Source of the DNA: a candidate division Kazan bacterium
GTDB taxonomy: Bacteria > Patescibacteriota > Kazan-3B-28
Reading direction: 5' to 3'
Assembly (NCBI GenBank): GCA_003647645.1
Contig: QMNG01000002.1
Span: 1,151 to 65,150 of the forward strand
Length of the DNA stretch: 64,000 bases
The notes under the pieces are model-generated. The model did no database searches and had not been told where the DNA came from. It worked only from the letters and a program-made list of their open reading frames with translations. Numbering within the stretch: the first letter of the stretch is position 1; the number at the start of each line of letters is the position of its first letter. Below are positions 40,400 through 49,544 of the stretch, piece after piece. The position numbers were made by a program, and so were the translations under genes.

Positions 40400-41230
40400 T
40401 CAGGGCTTTGCCTCAACCTCTTTTTCCTCCTCAGGTTCCCTCTTGGATTTTACCTCAACTCCGAAATGTTCCAGGCTGGGTTCAGATGTTAGCCGTGACA
40501 TCCCTTTCAACCAGTCGTTTGTTGCGGGAGTCAGCAGTCTGGGGTTTTTAGCACTGTTGAAACTGCTTGCCGCCCACGAAGGCAGCTCCTTGTGGTTATC
40601 AGTAATCTGGGCATCAATACCTATGATTACCCATTTGCCCAGGCCTGTCCAAATGAGATAAGCTTCGTCGCGGCCGCTGACCTCGAGTCCCGGACGAGTG
40701 TAAATTCTTTCTCTTGGTACCTCAGGATAAATACCACATTTGGCCGCGGCCAAATATGATGTTGCGACAGATCCATCACCATCCAAAGGATAGATGATAG
40801 TGGGACCGGCCTGGATAACTAGGTGTCCCTGCAAGATCCACAGTACAACTGCCAAAGCCATGCCACTCAACACTAACCGAATGTCATCCTCTCCGTCGGT
40901 TGACCACATACGAAACAAACCGTATCCTGCGGTAACGAGACCGAGAGCAATAAGACACCATGACCACCAGACGCCACCGTTGAAAGTAGTTAACCAGTTA
41001 TCAACAGGCTGCTGAAGTCGAAGTGTGAACAACATCGCGGCTATACCTAGACCTATAACAACGATGTTTATCCACCGCTGTATCCACGGATGCCAATCAC
41101 TGCGGGGGGTCGGTGGTATTGTTTGTGTCTGCTTGTTCTGATACCACGAAACATAAACAACAAAGATGAGTGTGGCAGTTAGAAACAGAAAACCAATCAC
41201 CTTGCAAATAATTTCTCCATTTCCAATCAT
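40400..41230 (-). CDS. Hypothetical membrane protein (~4 TM plus soluble C-terminal domain)
   Basis: AAAGGAGG RBS before ATG 41230; four hydrophobic segments. Confidence 0.7.
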   Translation of the reverse strand: MIGNGEIICKVIGFLFLTATLIFVVYVSWYQNKQTQTIPPTPRSDWHPWIQRWINIVVIGLGIAAMLFTLRLQQPVDNWLTTFNGGVWWSWCLIALGLVTAGYGLFRMWSTDGEDDIRLVLSGMALAVVLWILQGHLVIQAGPTIIYPLDGDGSVATSYLAAAKCGIYPEVPRERIYTRPGLEVSGRDEAYLIWTGLGKWVIIGIDAQITDNHKELPSWAASSFNSAKNPRLLTPATNDWLKGMSRLTSEPSLEHFGVEVKSKREPEEEKEVEAKP

Positions 41231-41421
41231 TTCGTTCCTCCTTTGGGGTGACACACAGTACAATGGTGCTGCCATCCCTAATTCGGGGAATGGAGCTTGT
41301 CAACTTACAATAAACACGCCTGCACTGTAGTTTGAACTGCCCTGTTTGTCAAGAGTTTTTAGTTTCCAGAGCTCTTTTTTGGCTATGTATCTCCTTTTAA
41401 CACCTATGATATAATTAGTAG

Positions 41422-41535
41422 GCTGAGGCTATACCCTACAGAAATTTTTAGAACGATTAAGCTGGTAGTGTTGTAATTGGAACGACTCATTGTAATGTTC
41501 TCTTTAAGCTGAACTTAGACGGGTATAGATGTAGA
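41422..41535 (+). ncRNA. Candidate structured ncRNA or ftsK leader
   Basis: Follows TGATATAAT; nested pairings CTATACCC/GGGTATAG, AGAAC-ATTA/TAAT-GTTCT, GTTGT/ACGAC. Confidence 0.35.
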
Positions 41536-41577
41536 CATAGTTAAAAAGGTGTTACTTCCTAAAATTTTCCACGGGGC

Positions 41578-43800
41578 ATGGCTAAACGAAAAAAAAGAAG
41601 GACAACTAGAAAAAGGGGGTATTACAGGACCTATAAACGAACCCCTAGGGGCTGGTTTGACGACTGGAATTTTGATTTGGAGTTGGAACCAGCTGTCGTC
41701 CGGGAGATTATTGCCATCATTTTAATTGGTTCTGGCATCTTTACTTTGCTGGCGATTGTTGGAGGGGCTGGCAGCGCCGGTAAAGTGTTTTATACCGCTT
41801 TGCGCTTGGGTTTTGGTTGGGCCAGTTTTCTTATGCCCCTGCTTTTGGCAGGAGCTGGCATCGCTCTGTTTTTCCCAATTCGATTTCAATTTAGATGGAG
41901 CAACGTTGTTGGCCTGATTTTATTCTTGGTCAGCTTAACAGCTATTATGCATATGTTTATCGGTCCTGAGGCCAGTGCTGACTTGGCATCTGAGGGCGGT
42001 GGCGGTGGCTGGCTCGGGTTGGTTGTTAGTCGTTTTATGATAAATATGATGGATTTCTGGGCATCTTTCCTGATAGCCGTAGTTGTTTTTGCTATTTCAC
42101 TATTGTTTGCCTTTGGCCAGCCATTGAAGGAAATGTATCTGCGGACCAAAATAGCCCTGCCCAAGCTACCAACCATTCCGGACCTGAAAATTAATAATGA
42201 TTTTAGCGAGGGTGAAGAAACAGAGGATGGCGAAGAAGAGGAAGAAGAGCGAAAGGGTGGTAGTCGCCTGACTAGACACCGCAAGGTCTCCCCGGGTGGC
42301 AAGGAATTTGTGCCGCAATTTGTTCCGACGGGAGATTGGAGCCCCCCCTCTCTAGATCTATTGAACAATTTGCCTACTAAGGTGGACAGCGGAAATATAA
42401 CTAACAATGCGAACATTATTCAGGAGGTACTGGATGATCTTGGTATTGCAGTTGAAATGCACGAAGTGAATGTCGGGCCGACAGTGGCTCAATACACGCT
42501 GAAACCGGCAGCGGGCATTCGGCTCTCTAAGATTGCCAACCTGAATAATGATTTGGCCTTGGCCTTAGCTGCCCATCCAATTCGAATTGAGGCTCCCATT
42601 CCCGGCCGTTCGCTGGTTGGAGTAGAGGTTCCCAATAAAAAGACTGCTCTTGTCCATCTGCGGGAGATTATGGAATCGGAAGAGTTTCACAGGATTAAAT
42701 CGCATTTAAGAATTCCGCTTGGCCGCGATGTGGCTGGGAAGCCGGTTGCCACTGACCTGCTGAAGATGCCCCATCTCTTAATTGCCGGTGCGACTGGCGC
42801 CGGTAAGAGCGTATTTCTAAATGACATATTAATTAGCTTGTTATACCAAAATTCTCCGGCTGATCTGCGAATGATATTGGTAGACCCCAAACGGGTTGAG
42901 TTCACCGCTTATAACGATGTTCCCCACTTACTCTCGCCGGTCATAGTTGATCCCCACCAAACGATCAATGCACTCAAGTGGCTGGTAACTGAGATGGATC
43001 GTCGCTACAAGATAATGCAAGGGGCCAGGGTTCGTGAGATTAGTGTCTATAATCGCCAAAATAAGGAGAACAAACTGCCCTACATCGTGCTAGTAATAGA
43101 CGAGCTGGCCAATTTAATGGCTGTGTCAGCCCGAGAAGTCGAGGCATATATATGCAGATTAGCTCAGATGTCACGGGCGGTCGGCATACATTTGGTACTG
43201 GCTACCCAGCGCCCGTCGGTAGACGTGATTACTGGACTAATTAAAGCCAATTTCCCCTCTCGAGTTGCCTTCGCTGTGACCTCAGGAACCGACTCCAGGA
43301 CAATTTTGGATACGATTGGCGCTGATAAGCTGTTGGGCAATGGGGATATGTTGTTTATGCCCTCGGATGCCGCCAGACCTAAACGGATTCAGGCCAGTTT
43401 TGTCAGCGACAAAGAGGTTAAAGCGGTTACAAACGCCCTTAAAGCCCTTGATGAACCACAGTATGTCGAAGAAGTTACCAAAGATGCCAAGCACAGCGGG
43501 ATACTTAGTGGCGAGGGCAGCGGTGACGATGATGAACTCACCAATGAGGCTATCAATTTGGTTGTCAAAGCCGGTAAAGCGTCTGCTTCGTATTTGCAGC
43601 GGCGGTTTAAGATCGGTTACGCCAGAGCTGCCAGGATTTTAGACATTTTGGAAGAAAAAGGCATCATCGGTCCATCCGATGGAGCCAAGCCGCGCGAGAT
43701 TTTAATTAAAAAAGAAGATTTGGCCCATCTGCAATCCGGCGGTGGAACTGATGTTGATGAAGAATCCGGGGAGGAGTTTAAGGAGGGAGAGGACTACTAA
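41578..43800 (+). CDS. ftsK: DNA translocase FtsK/SpoIIIE
   Basis: N-terminal TMs, RIEAPIPG, PHLLIAGATGAGKS, ATQRPSVDVITG, gamma domain LQRRFKIGYARAAR. Confidence 0.97.
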   Translation: MAKRKKRRTTRKRGYYRTYKRTPRGWFDDWNFDLELEPAVVREIIAIILIGSGIFTLLAIVGGAGSAGKVFYTALRLGFGWASFLMPLLLAGAGIALFFPIRFQFRWSNVVGLILFLVSLTAIMHMFIGPEASADLASEGGGGGWLGLVVSRFMINMMDFWASFLIAVVVFAISLLFAFGQPLKEMYLRTKIALPKLPTIPDLKINNDFSEGEETEDGEEEEEERKGGSRLTRHRKVSPGGKEFVPQFVPTGDWSPPSLDLLNNLPTKVDSGNITNNANIIQEVLDDLGIAVEMHEVNVGPTVAQYTLKPAAGIRLSKIANLNNDLALALAAHPIRIEAPIPGRSLVGVEVPNKKTALVHLREIMESEEFHRIKSHLRIPLGRDVAGKPVATDLLKMPHLLIAGATGAGKSVFLNDILISLLYQNSPADLRMILVDPKRVEFTAYNDVPHLLSPVIVDPHQTINALKWLVTEMDRRYKIMQGARVREISVYNRQNKENKLPYIVLVIDELANLMAVSAREVEAYICRLAQMSRAVGIHLVLATQRPSVDVITGLIKANFPSRVAFAVTSGTDSRTILDTIGADKLLGNGDMLFMPSDAARPKRIQASFVSDKEVKAVTNALKALDEPQYVEEVTKDAKHSGILSGEGSGDDDELTNEAINLVVKAGKASASYLQRRFKIGYARAARILDILEEKGIIGPSDGAKPREILIKKEDLAHLQSGGGTDVDEESGEEFKEGEDY

Positions 43801-43885
43801 AGCTCCATAGGCTAATATCCAATCTCCAATCTCTAATCCTCGATCCACAACAAAATTGAGCATTGAATATTAACGTATAGCGTTT

Positions 43886-44374
43886 ATGGAGCATTCATTC
43901 GACATAGTTTCCGAAATTAATACCCAAGAGCTGACTAATGCCATAGATCAGACTCGCAGGGAACTGTCTGTCCGCTATGATTTTAAAGGTATTAATACAG
44001 AAATAAAACAAGAGGAAACTCAGTTAGTTATTCTCACTGCCGATGAATATAAACTAAAAGCCGTTCGAGATATTTTGGAGTCCAAGTTGCTTAAGCGGGG
44101 GCTGGATTTAAAGATTTTGGGTGATTCCAAAAACGAATACGCTAGCGGGGGTCAGATTCGTTCTGTTATTCCTCTTGTTGCAGGCATATCTGCCGATAAA
44201 GCCAAAATCATCAATAAATTAATTCGGGAACAATTTCCCAAAATTAGGACGACGGTTCAGGGAGAGACAATTCGAGTGGCGGGCAAGAATCTTGATGAAC
44301 TCCAGGCTGTTATACAGCTACTAAAAAACAGTGATAAAATTGGTATCCCCCTACAATTTATTAACTATCGGTGA
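43886..44374 (+). CDS. yajQ: YajQ family nucleotide-binding protein
   Basis: SFDIVSE, RYDFKG, QGETIRV, DELQAVI, LQFINYR. Confidence 0.93.
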   Translation: MEHSFDIVSEINTQELTNAIDQTRRELSVRYDFKGINTEIKQEETQLVILTADEYKLKAVRDILESKLLKRGLDLKILGDSKNEYASGGQIRSVIPLVAGISADKAKIINKLIREQFPKIRTTVQGETIRVAGKNLDELQAVIQLLKNSDKIGIPLQFINYR

Positions 44375-44392
44375 GCGTGATACACTGAACTT

Positions 44393-45388
44393 ATGAAAGA
44401 AGTAGAGGCCCTCAAAGCCAGTCTAGACAAAGCCATCAGCGCCATTCACAAAAGTTACGGCGAGGGTTCAATTATGCGGCTGGGAGACGCCAGACAAATG
44501 GATGTTGAAACCATTTCCACCGGCTCTCTCGGTCTGGACATTGCCCTAGGTGCTGGCGGGGTACCCAAAGGGAGAATAATAGAGATTTTCGGTCCGGAAT
44601 CATCTGGTAAAACTACGTTAGCTCTCCATATAGCTGCCGAAGCCCAAAGACAAGGCGGAACAGTGGCTTTTATTGATGCCGAGCATGCTCTCGATCCTGA
44701 ATATGCCAAAAGGATCGGGGTGAAAACTAAAGAATTGTTGATTTCCCAACCCGATACGGGTGAGCAGGCGTTGGATATCGTTGAGGCCTTGATTCGTTCC
44801 GATGCAGTGAGCTTGATTGTTGTTGATTCAGTGGCAGCTCTCACCCCAAAGGCAGAGATTGAAGGCGATATGGGTGCCTCACATATGGGTCTGCATGCTA
44901 GGTTGATGAGCCAAGCGCTCAGAAAGATCGCAGCTGCGGCAGCCCGGTCTAAGACGACCATTGTTTTCATCAATCAGATCCGCATGAAGATAGGTATAAT
45001 GTTCGGCAATCCAGAAACTACCACCGGGGGCAATGCTCTGAAGTTCTACTCAACTGTCCGCTTTGATATTCGCAGAACTCAAACATTAAAAGATGGAGAT
45101 AATTCCATTGGTAATCATGTCCGGGTTAAAGTCGTAAAAAATAAAGTCGCTCCCCCATTTCGCCAGGCCGAGTTTGATATTATGTTCGGCGAAGGCATTT
45201 CCAAATTTGGCGAGGTAGTCGACATGGGGGTTGCTGCTGGTTTAATCAACAAAAGTGGGGCCTGGTACGAATATAACGGAGAGAAAATCGGACAGGGCCG
45301 GGAAGCTGCTAAGCAGCACCTGAAAGAAAACCCGACGGTCTTTCGCGGATTAGAAAAGGAAATTAGAAAGATCTACGGTATCAAGTAA
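44393..45388 (+). CDS. recA: Recombinase RecA
   Basis: [49 protein letters not shown]. Confidence 0.99.
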   Translation: MKEVEALKASLDKAISAIHKSYGEGSIMRLGDARQMDVETISTGSLGLDIALGAGGVPKGRIIEIFGPESSGKTTLALHIAAEAQRQGGTVAFIDAEHALDPEYAKRIGVKTKELLISQPDTGEQALDIVEALIRSDAVSLIVVDSVAALTPKAEIEGDMGASHMGLHARLMSQALRKIAAAAARSKTTIVFINQIRMKIGIMFGNPETTTGGNALKFYSTVRFDIRRTQTLKDGDNSIGNHVRVKVVKNKVAPPFRQAEFDIMFGEGISKFGEVVDMGVAAGLINKSGAWYEYNGEKIGQGREAAKQHLKENPTVFRGLEKEIRKIYGIK

Positions 45389-46366
45389 TCAGATGATTGT
45401 AACCGGAATTCCGGTATCTGCCCAAGCATACAGGGCGTCAGATTCGTGTATTCCAAAACGGACACAGCCGTGTGATACGGGAGTTCCGAGGTGTGAATAA
45501 CCCTCGTACAGCCGGTTGTTTTCGTACAGCCGGCCGCCGGCGAAAATTTGGCCGTCCTTGCCTGCAAATTTGGGGCTGTTTGGATTTATCCGCCAGTAGG
45601 GCAGGCCATGTATACCGTATCCTAAAAAGCCATACCGGACATTCTTCAGTCCCATCCAGTTCGGCATCCAAAGTTCATATTCAACTGAGTAGGCATCCTT
45701 GATGTGGTTCATAATTGTATAATTGCCTGCTGGTGTGGTATATCCAGATTTGCCAGAGGATACTGGTAAAGTCGCCACAACCACGCCATTTTCCTTAAGT
45801 TCCCCTGTCTGAGAATGGCGATAAATGACTATTTCTTTCGCTTGAGCGGCCTGAACCTCAATTTCAGGAATGTTGCCGACTTGAATGTTAATTATAATGG
45901 GGTTGCCAGTCAACCAATGCTCATGTTCTAAAACAGGGCGGAAGGTCTCCCGATAATTACCTGTTTTATCCGGGGCTTTAATTAAGAAATAAAACTCAGC
46001 TGTCATAAACAGATCGACATCTTTATCATGTGCCGGAGCTATGCGATTCTCAGATAACCACCCGGGCAGGATATTATCTCCATCCATCCCCCAGATGCTT
46101 GGCCGGTCGGTAAAATTGTTAGTAAAAATCGTCCCCAACCTTAAAATTTTGCTATCCCATATTTCTGCGGCTGAGCTGTTCCGAATCACGATTTTGATAT
46201 CTTTTATCTCTCCGGGTTCTATATACAGCTGATTCGGCTGGCTGACGATTTTATAATCAATCAAGCTTTCTGGATCAGCGAACGCTTGATAGATGTTCCA
46301 TACCCCCATCACCGTGGAAAAACCAATCAGGGCCGTTAAAACAATTTTTAGTTTGTGAAATTTCAT
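45389..46366 (-). CDS. L,D-transpeptidase family protein with N-terminal anchor and Ig-like domain
   Basis: VSSGK…TPAG, YGIHGLP, SHGCVR catalytic motif, GIPVTI. Confidence 0.87.
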   Translation of the reverse strand: MKFHKLKIVLTALIGFSTVMGVWNIYQAFADPESLIDYKIVSQPNQLYIEPGEIKDIKIVIRNSSAAEIWDSKILRLGTIFTNNFTDRPSIWGMDGDNILPGWLSENRIAPAHDKDVDLFMTAEFYFLIKAPDKTGNYRETFRPVLEHEHWLTGNPIIINIQVGNIPEIEVQAAQAKEIVIYRHSQTGELKENGVVVATLPVSSGKSGYTTPAGNYTIMNHIKDAYSVEYELWMPNWMGLKNVRYGFLGYGIHGLPYWRINPNSPKFAGKDGQIFAGGRLYENNRLYEGYSHLGTPVSHGCVRFGIHESDALYAWADTGIPVTII

Positions 46367-46446
46367 TTTTATTTTTATTGTTTTTGTTGTTGGTTCTGGG
46401 GACTTCTTTTTTGGAGGACTTTTTAAAAGAACATTTATATTTTTTT

Positions 46447-46475
46447 ATTATATCAAAAAAACAGCTCCCAGTCAA
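46447..46475 (-). promoter_or_regulatory. Sigma70 promoter TTGACT-17-TATAAT
   Basis: Consensus spacing with TG extension, upstream of the L,D-transpeptidase. Confidence 0.72.
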
Positions 46476-46511
46476 TACTTTTTGGCTGTTTTAATTAGGC
46501 TAGCAAACTGG

Positions 46512-46751
46512 CTAGAAATTGGGCAAGTAGGCCTGAATGCTTGGGGTGTCCGAGAATTCCCGCCAAAAGATGCTGATAATAAGCAGGATAAAGACGATTA
46601 CCAGCAGCCAGTACATCCAGTGAGGCGCCTCATCCTGATCTTCCGGCATCCTAATAATAGAAAACACATTTTTTTGTATCCGGATTTTGTGGGCAGCCGC
46701 TGTTATTTTTTTGGCTCGGCTGTGGCTTCTTGTTTTATTTACTTTAGGCAT
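46512..46751 (-). CDS. Small membrane protein
   Basis: Basic N-terminus plus a single TM helix. Confidence 0.55.
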   Translation of the reverse strand: MPKVNKTRSHSRAKKITAAAHKIRIQKNVFSIIRMPEDQDEAPHWMYWLLVIVFILLIISIFWREFSDTPSIQAYLPNF

Positions 46752-46770
46752 ATCTCATCCCAATTATAAT

Positions 46771-47424
46771 TTAAGTTATTACAATTACAAACTCTCCTTT
46801 GGGCTGATTATCAACAAAGTAATTAATCATTTGAGACACAGGCAGGGATAGGATTTCTTCATGGATTTTAGTTAATTCTCGGCCGACTATCACATCTCTC
46901 TCACCCAAATGCTCCCTGATATCTTTTAAAGTTTTTAGAACTCGTGCTGGTGATTCAAACAACACAACAGGTACGGATATTTTTGATAGCTCTTTTAAAA
47001 AAGTTTTCCGCCCCTTCTTTTTGGGAATGAAACCAACGAACAGAAAAGAATCGGCATTTATGCCGGCGGTGCTGAGGATGGTCGTGATTGCACTTGGCCC
47101 CGGGATTGGTATTATTTTAATATTGTTGTCACGGGCTGCCGCAACCAGTTTTTGCCCCGGATCAGAAATGCCGGGAGTTCCCGCATCACTAACCAAGGCA
47201 ATGTTTTTGCCACTTTTTAGCAGACCAATAATTTGATTCAGCTTGTTTTCTCGTGAGAATTTATGGAAGCTAACAAGCTGCTTTTTAATTTTAAAATGAG
47301 CCAATAGTTTTTGGGTCTGGCGGGTATCCTCAGCAGCAATTATGTCCACAGATTTTAGGGTGTCTAAAGCTCGCAGGGTAATATCCTGCAGGTTGCCGAT
47401 AGGGGTGGCTACTATAAACAGCAT
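46771..47424 (-). CDS. rsmI: 16S rRNA C1402 2'-O-methyltransferase
   Basis: VATPIGNLQDITLRA, AEDTR, SDAGTPGISDPG, RELTKIHEE. Confidence 0.96.
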   Translation of the reverse strand: MLFIVATPIGNLQDITLRALDTLKSVDIIAAEDTRQTQKLLAHFKIKKQLVSFHKFSRENKLNQIIGLLKSGKNIALVSDAGTPGISDPGQKLVAAARDNNIKIIPIPGPSAITTILSTAGINADSFLFVGFIPKKKGRKTFLKELSKISVPVVLFESPARVLKTLKDIREHLGERDVIVGRELTKIHEEILSLPVSQMINYFVDNQPKGEFVIVIT

Positions 47425-47427
47425 GTT

Positions 47428-48666
47428 TTAGAGATAGGTTACCAAAAGGGCTATATCGAGTCCTAACATAAGAACTATTGACGCTACACCAAATAAATTA
47501 CTCCAGAATCCGTTGGTATATTTACCCATAATTTTGCGGTTATTGGTAATTAACATTAGCAAAATTATCAACACCGGCGTGAGCACGCCGTTTAACACTT
47601 GGCTATAAAATAGCATCAACATCGGCAAAGTGTTAGTAAACACCAGTAAGCCGGAAAGGATAATGGCGGCAATCAATATAATGTAGAATCCCTTGGCCTG
47701 AGCAAATGGAAAGTTGAGACCAGACTTAATATTTAAGGCGTCTCCCCCAACATAAGCGGTTGAGGCGGCCAACACGGGGATGCTGACGATACCAGAACCC
47801 AAAATGCCAATGGCAAATAATATGAAGGCCAGGTCACCGGCTATTGGCCTGAGTGATAACGCAGCTTGAGCGGCGTTGGGAATAAAATTTGTTTGTCCGC
47901 TAAATACAACTGCGGCTGTGACAATGGCAAAAAAGGCAATCAGTTGAGCAAGAGCAAAGCCGATTACTACTCCACGGGTTTCTTTCTGCAGGTCTTTAAC
48001 GGTTGTTTTATCTTCAATTTCCTCTGTTGCCTGCCAGAAGATAAGGTACGGAGCAATGGTGGTTCCTACAAAGGCGGTAGCTGCCAGTAATATAATATTA
48101 TCCAGCCTTAGCACTGGGGTTACAGTGGCTGATAAAACTTCTCCCCAGTCTGGCCCCACTAGAAAGCCGGCTACTATGTAAACTGTTAGTACAATAGTAG
48201 AGACCAATAGGTATTTACTGATGATCGAATAACTTTTACCAACTAAAATTATTAACAATATAAAAATAAGAGGTGCCACTAACCACAGCCAGTTGATGTT
48301 TAACAAGTTCCCCAGTACCTCAGCCATTGCTGCGATATTGGCTGAGATGGTGACAACATTGCAAATTAAAACAATTAAAGCCGCGGCGTAAGTGATCTTT
48401 CTACCGTAAGTGTTGCGCAAAACAACTGCCAAGCCCTTTTTAGTAACTACGCCTACCCGAGCACTCATTTCTTCAACAGCAGACACCAAAGGAAGCAATG
48501 CCGGCACCAACCAGAGCAGACTGAACCCCGTAGTGGCTCCCATCTGCAGAAAAGTAGCTATTCCGGCTGGATCATCATCCGCCGCTCCGGTAATTACCCC
48601 CTCCCTAGAAATCATAAAACGGTTCAAAGGGTTTCGCCTGCGCTTTAAAATTCTGGTTTTTCTCAT
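47428..48666 (-). CDS. NRAMP-related divalent metal transporter
   Basis: GAADDDPAGIAT, EEMSAR, GTTIAPY, SQVLNG; ~11 TM. Confidence 0.87.
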   Translation of the reverse strand: MRKTRILKRRRNPLNRFMISREGVITGAADDDPAGIATFLQMGATTGFSLLWLVPALLPLVSAVEEMSARVGVVTKKGLAVVLRNTYGRKITYAAALIVLICNVVTISANIAAMAEVLGNLLNINWLWLVAPLIFILLIILVGKSYSIISKYLLVSTIVLTVYIVAGFLVGPDWGEVLSATVTPVLRLDNIILLAATAFVGTTIAPYLIFWQATEEIEDKTTVKDLQKETRGVVIGFALAQLIAFFAIVTAAVVFSGQTNFIPNAAQAALSLRPIAGDLAFILFAIGILGSGIVSIPVLAASTAYVGGDALNIKSGLNFPFAQAKGFYIILIAAIILSGLLVFTNTLPMLMLFYSQVLNGVLTPVLIILLMLITNNRKIMGKYTNGFWSNLFGVASIVLMLGLDIALLVTYL

Positions 48667-49544
48667 CAGATATCTTTTTTAAACTGCTTGAATAGCTTTA
48701 CCCATTGAGTTATAGAGAGTTCCTGGGCCCGCGTTTGGGGGCTGATGCCAACGTATCTCAACTTTTCCTGAACGGTTGCATCATTAATATTTAATCCCCC
48801 GCTAAGACTATTGTGCAATTGTTTACGTCTCTCTCCAAATCCAGCTTTAAGCATTCGGAAGAATTTTTTTACATCATCGACGCTGTGCTGAAGCTGAGAA
48901 GAATGAGGGACAATTTTTAGAATTGCTGAATCGACTTTCGGCTTCGGCCAAAATGCATCTTTCGAAACTGCAGCGATAATCTCTGGTTTTCCAAAAAATT
49001 GGACGGACAGGCTCAATAGGCTCATTTCTCCCGGTTTGGCAACAATTCTTTCCGCCACTTCCTTCTGGACCATAACTACGATTAAATCCGGCCGGTAGTT
49101 AGTTTCTAAAAACTGCTTTAAGACGGCGGAAGTGATGTAGTAGGGCAAATTAGACACCAGTTTGTAGCGGGTTTTCTTATTTCTGGTTTTGCTCCAGGCT
49201 TTATAGTGACTATATAATTCTTTGCCATCGAGCCGTAGAACATTGGCCGGTAGCAAATCAATGTTTTGATACCCACTGCTGATGGCTCGCAAAATGCTTA
49301 GGATTTTTTTGTCTGTTTCAATAGCCAGTATGCGTCCGGCCTTTTCTGCCAAAAGCAGCGTTAGCGTGCCGAAGCCAGGGCCCACCTCAACTACAAAATC
49401 GACTTTGGATAGTTCGGCGGCTTTGGTGATTTTATCTAAGACCTCTTTATCAATTAAAAAATTCTGCCCCAAACTTTTTTGAGCCGAGACATTGTAGTGG
49501 GTTAAAAGTCCCTTAATAATGTTGAGATTGGTTAAGTCAATCAT
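48666..49544 (-). CDS. rsmA: 16S rRNA dimethyltransferase KsgA
   Basis: KSLGQNFL, EVGPGFG, SNLPYYITS, MVQKEVAERI, PKVDSA. Confidence 0.97.
   Translation of the reverse strand: MIDLTNLNIIKGLLTHYNVSAQKSLGQNFLIDKEVLDKITKAAELSKVDFVVEVGPGFGTLTLLLAEKAGRILAIETDKKILSILRAISSGYQNIDLLPANVLRLDGKELYSHYKAWSKTRNKKTRYKLVSNLPYYITSAVLKQFLETNYRPDLIVVMVQKEVAERIVAKPGEMSLLSLSVQFFGKPEIIAAVSKDAFWPKPKVDSAILKIVPHSSQLQHSVDDVKKFFRMLKAGFGERRKQLHNSLSGGLNINDATVQEKLRYVGISPQTRAQELSITQWVKLFKQFKKDI

Noticed and set aside
41381..41554. Extra pairings CTATGT/ACATAG and TAACACCT/AGGTGTTA around the ncRNA candidate
   Set aside because: The 5' arms lie upstream of the putative TSS and are not mutually nested, so they were not counted as support.
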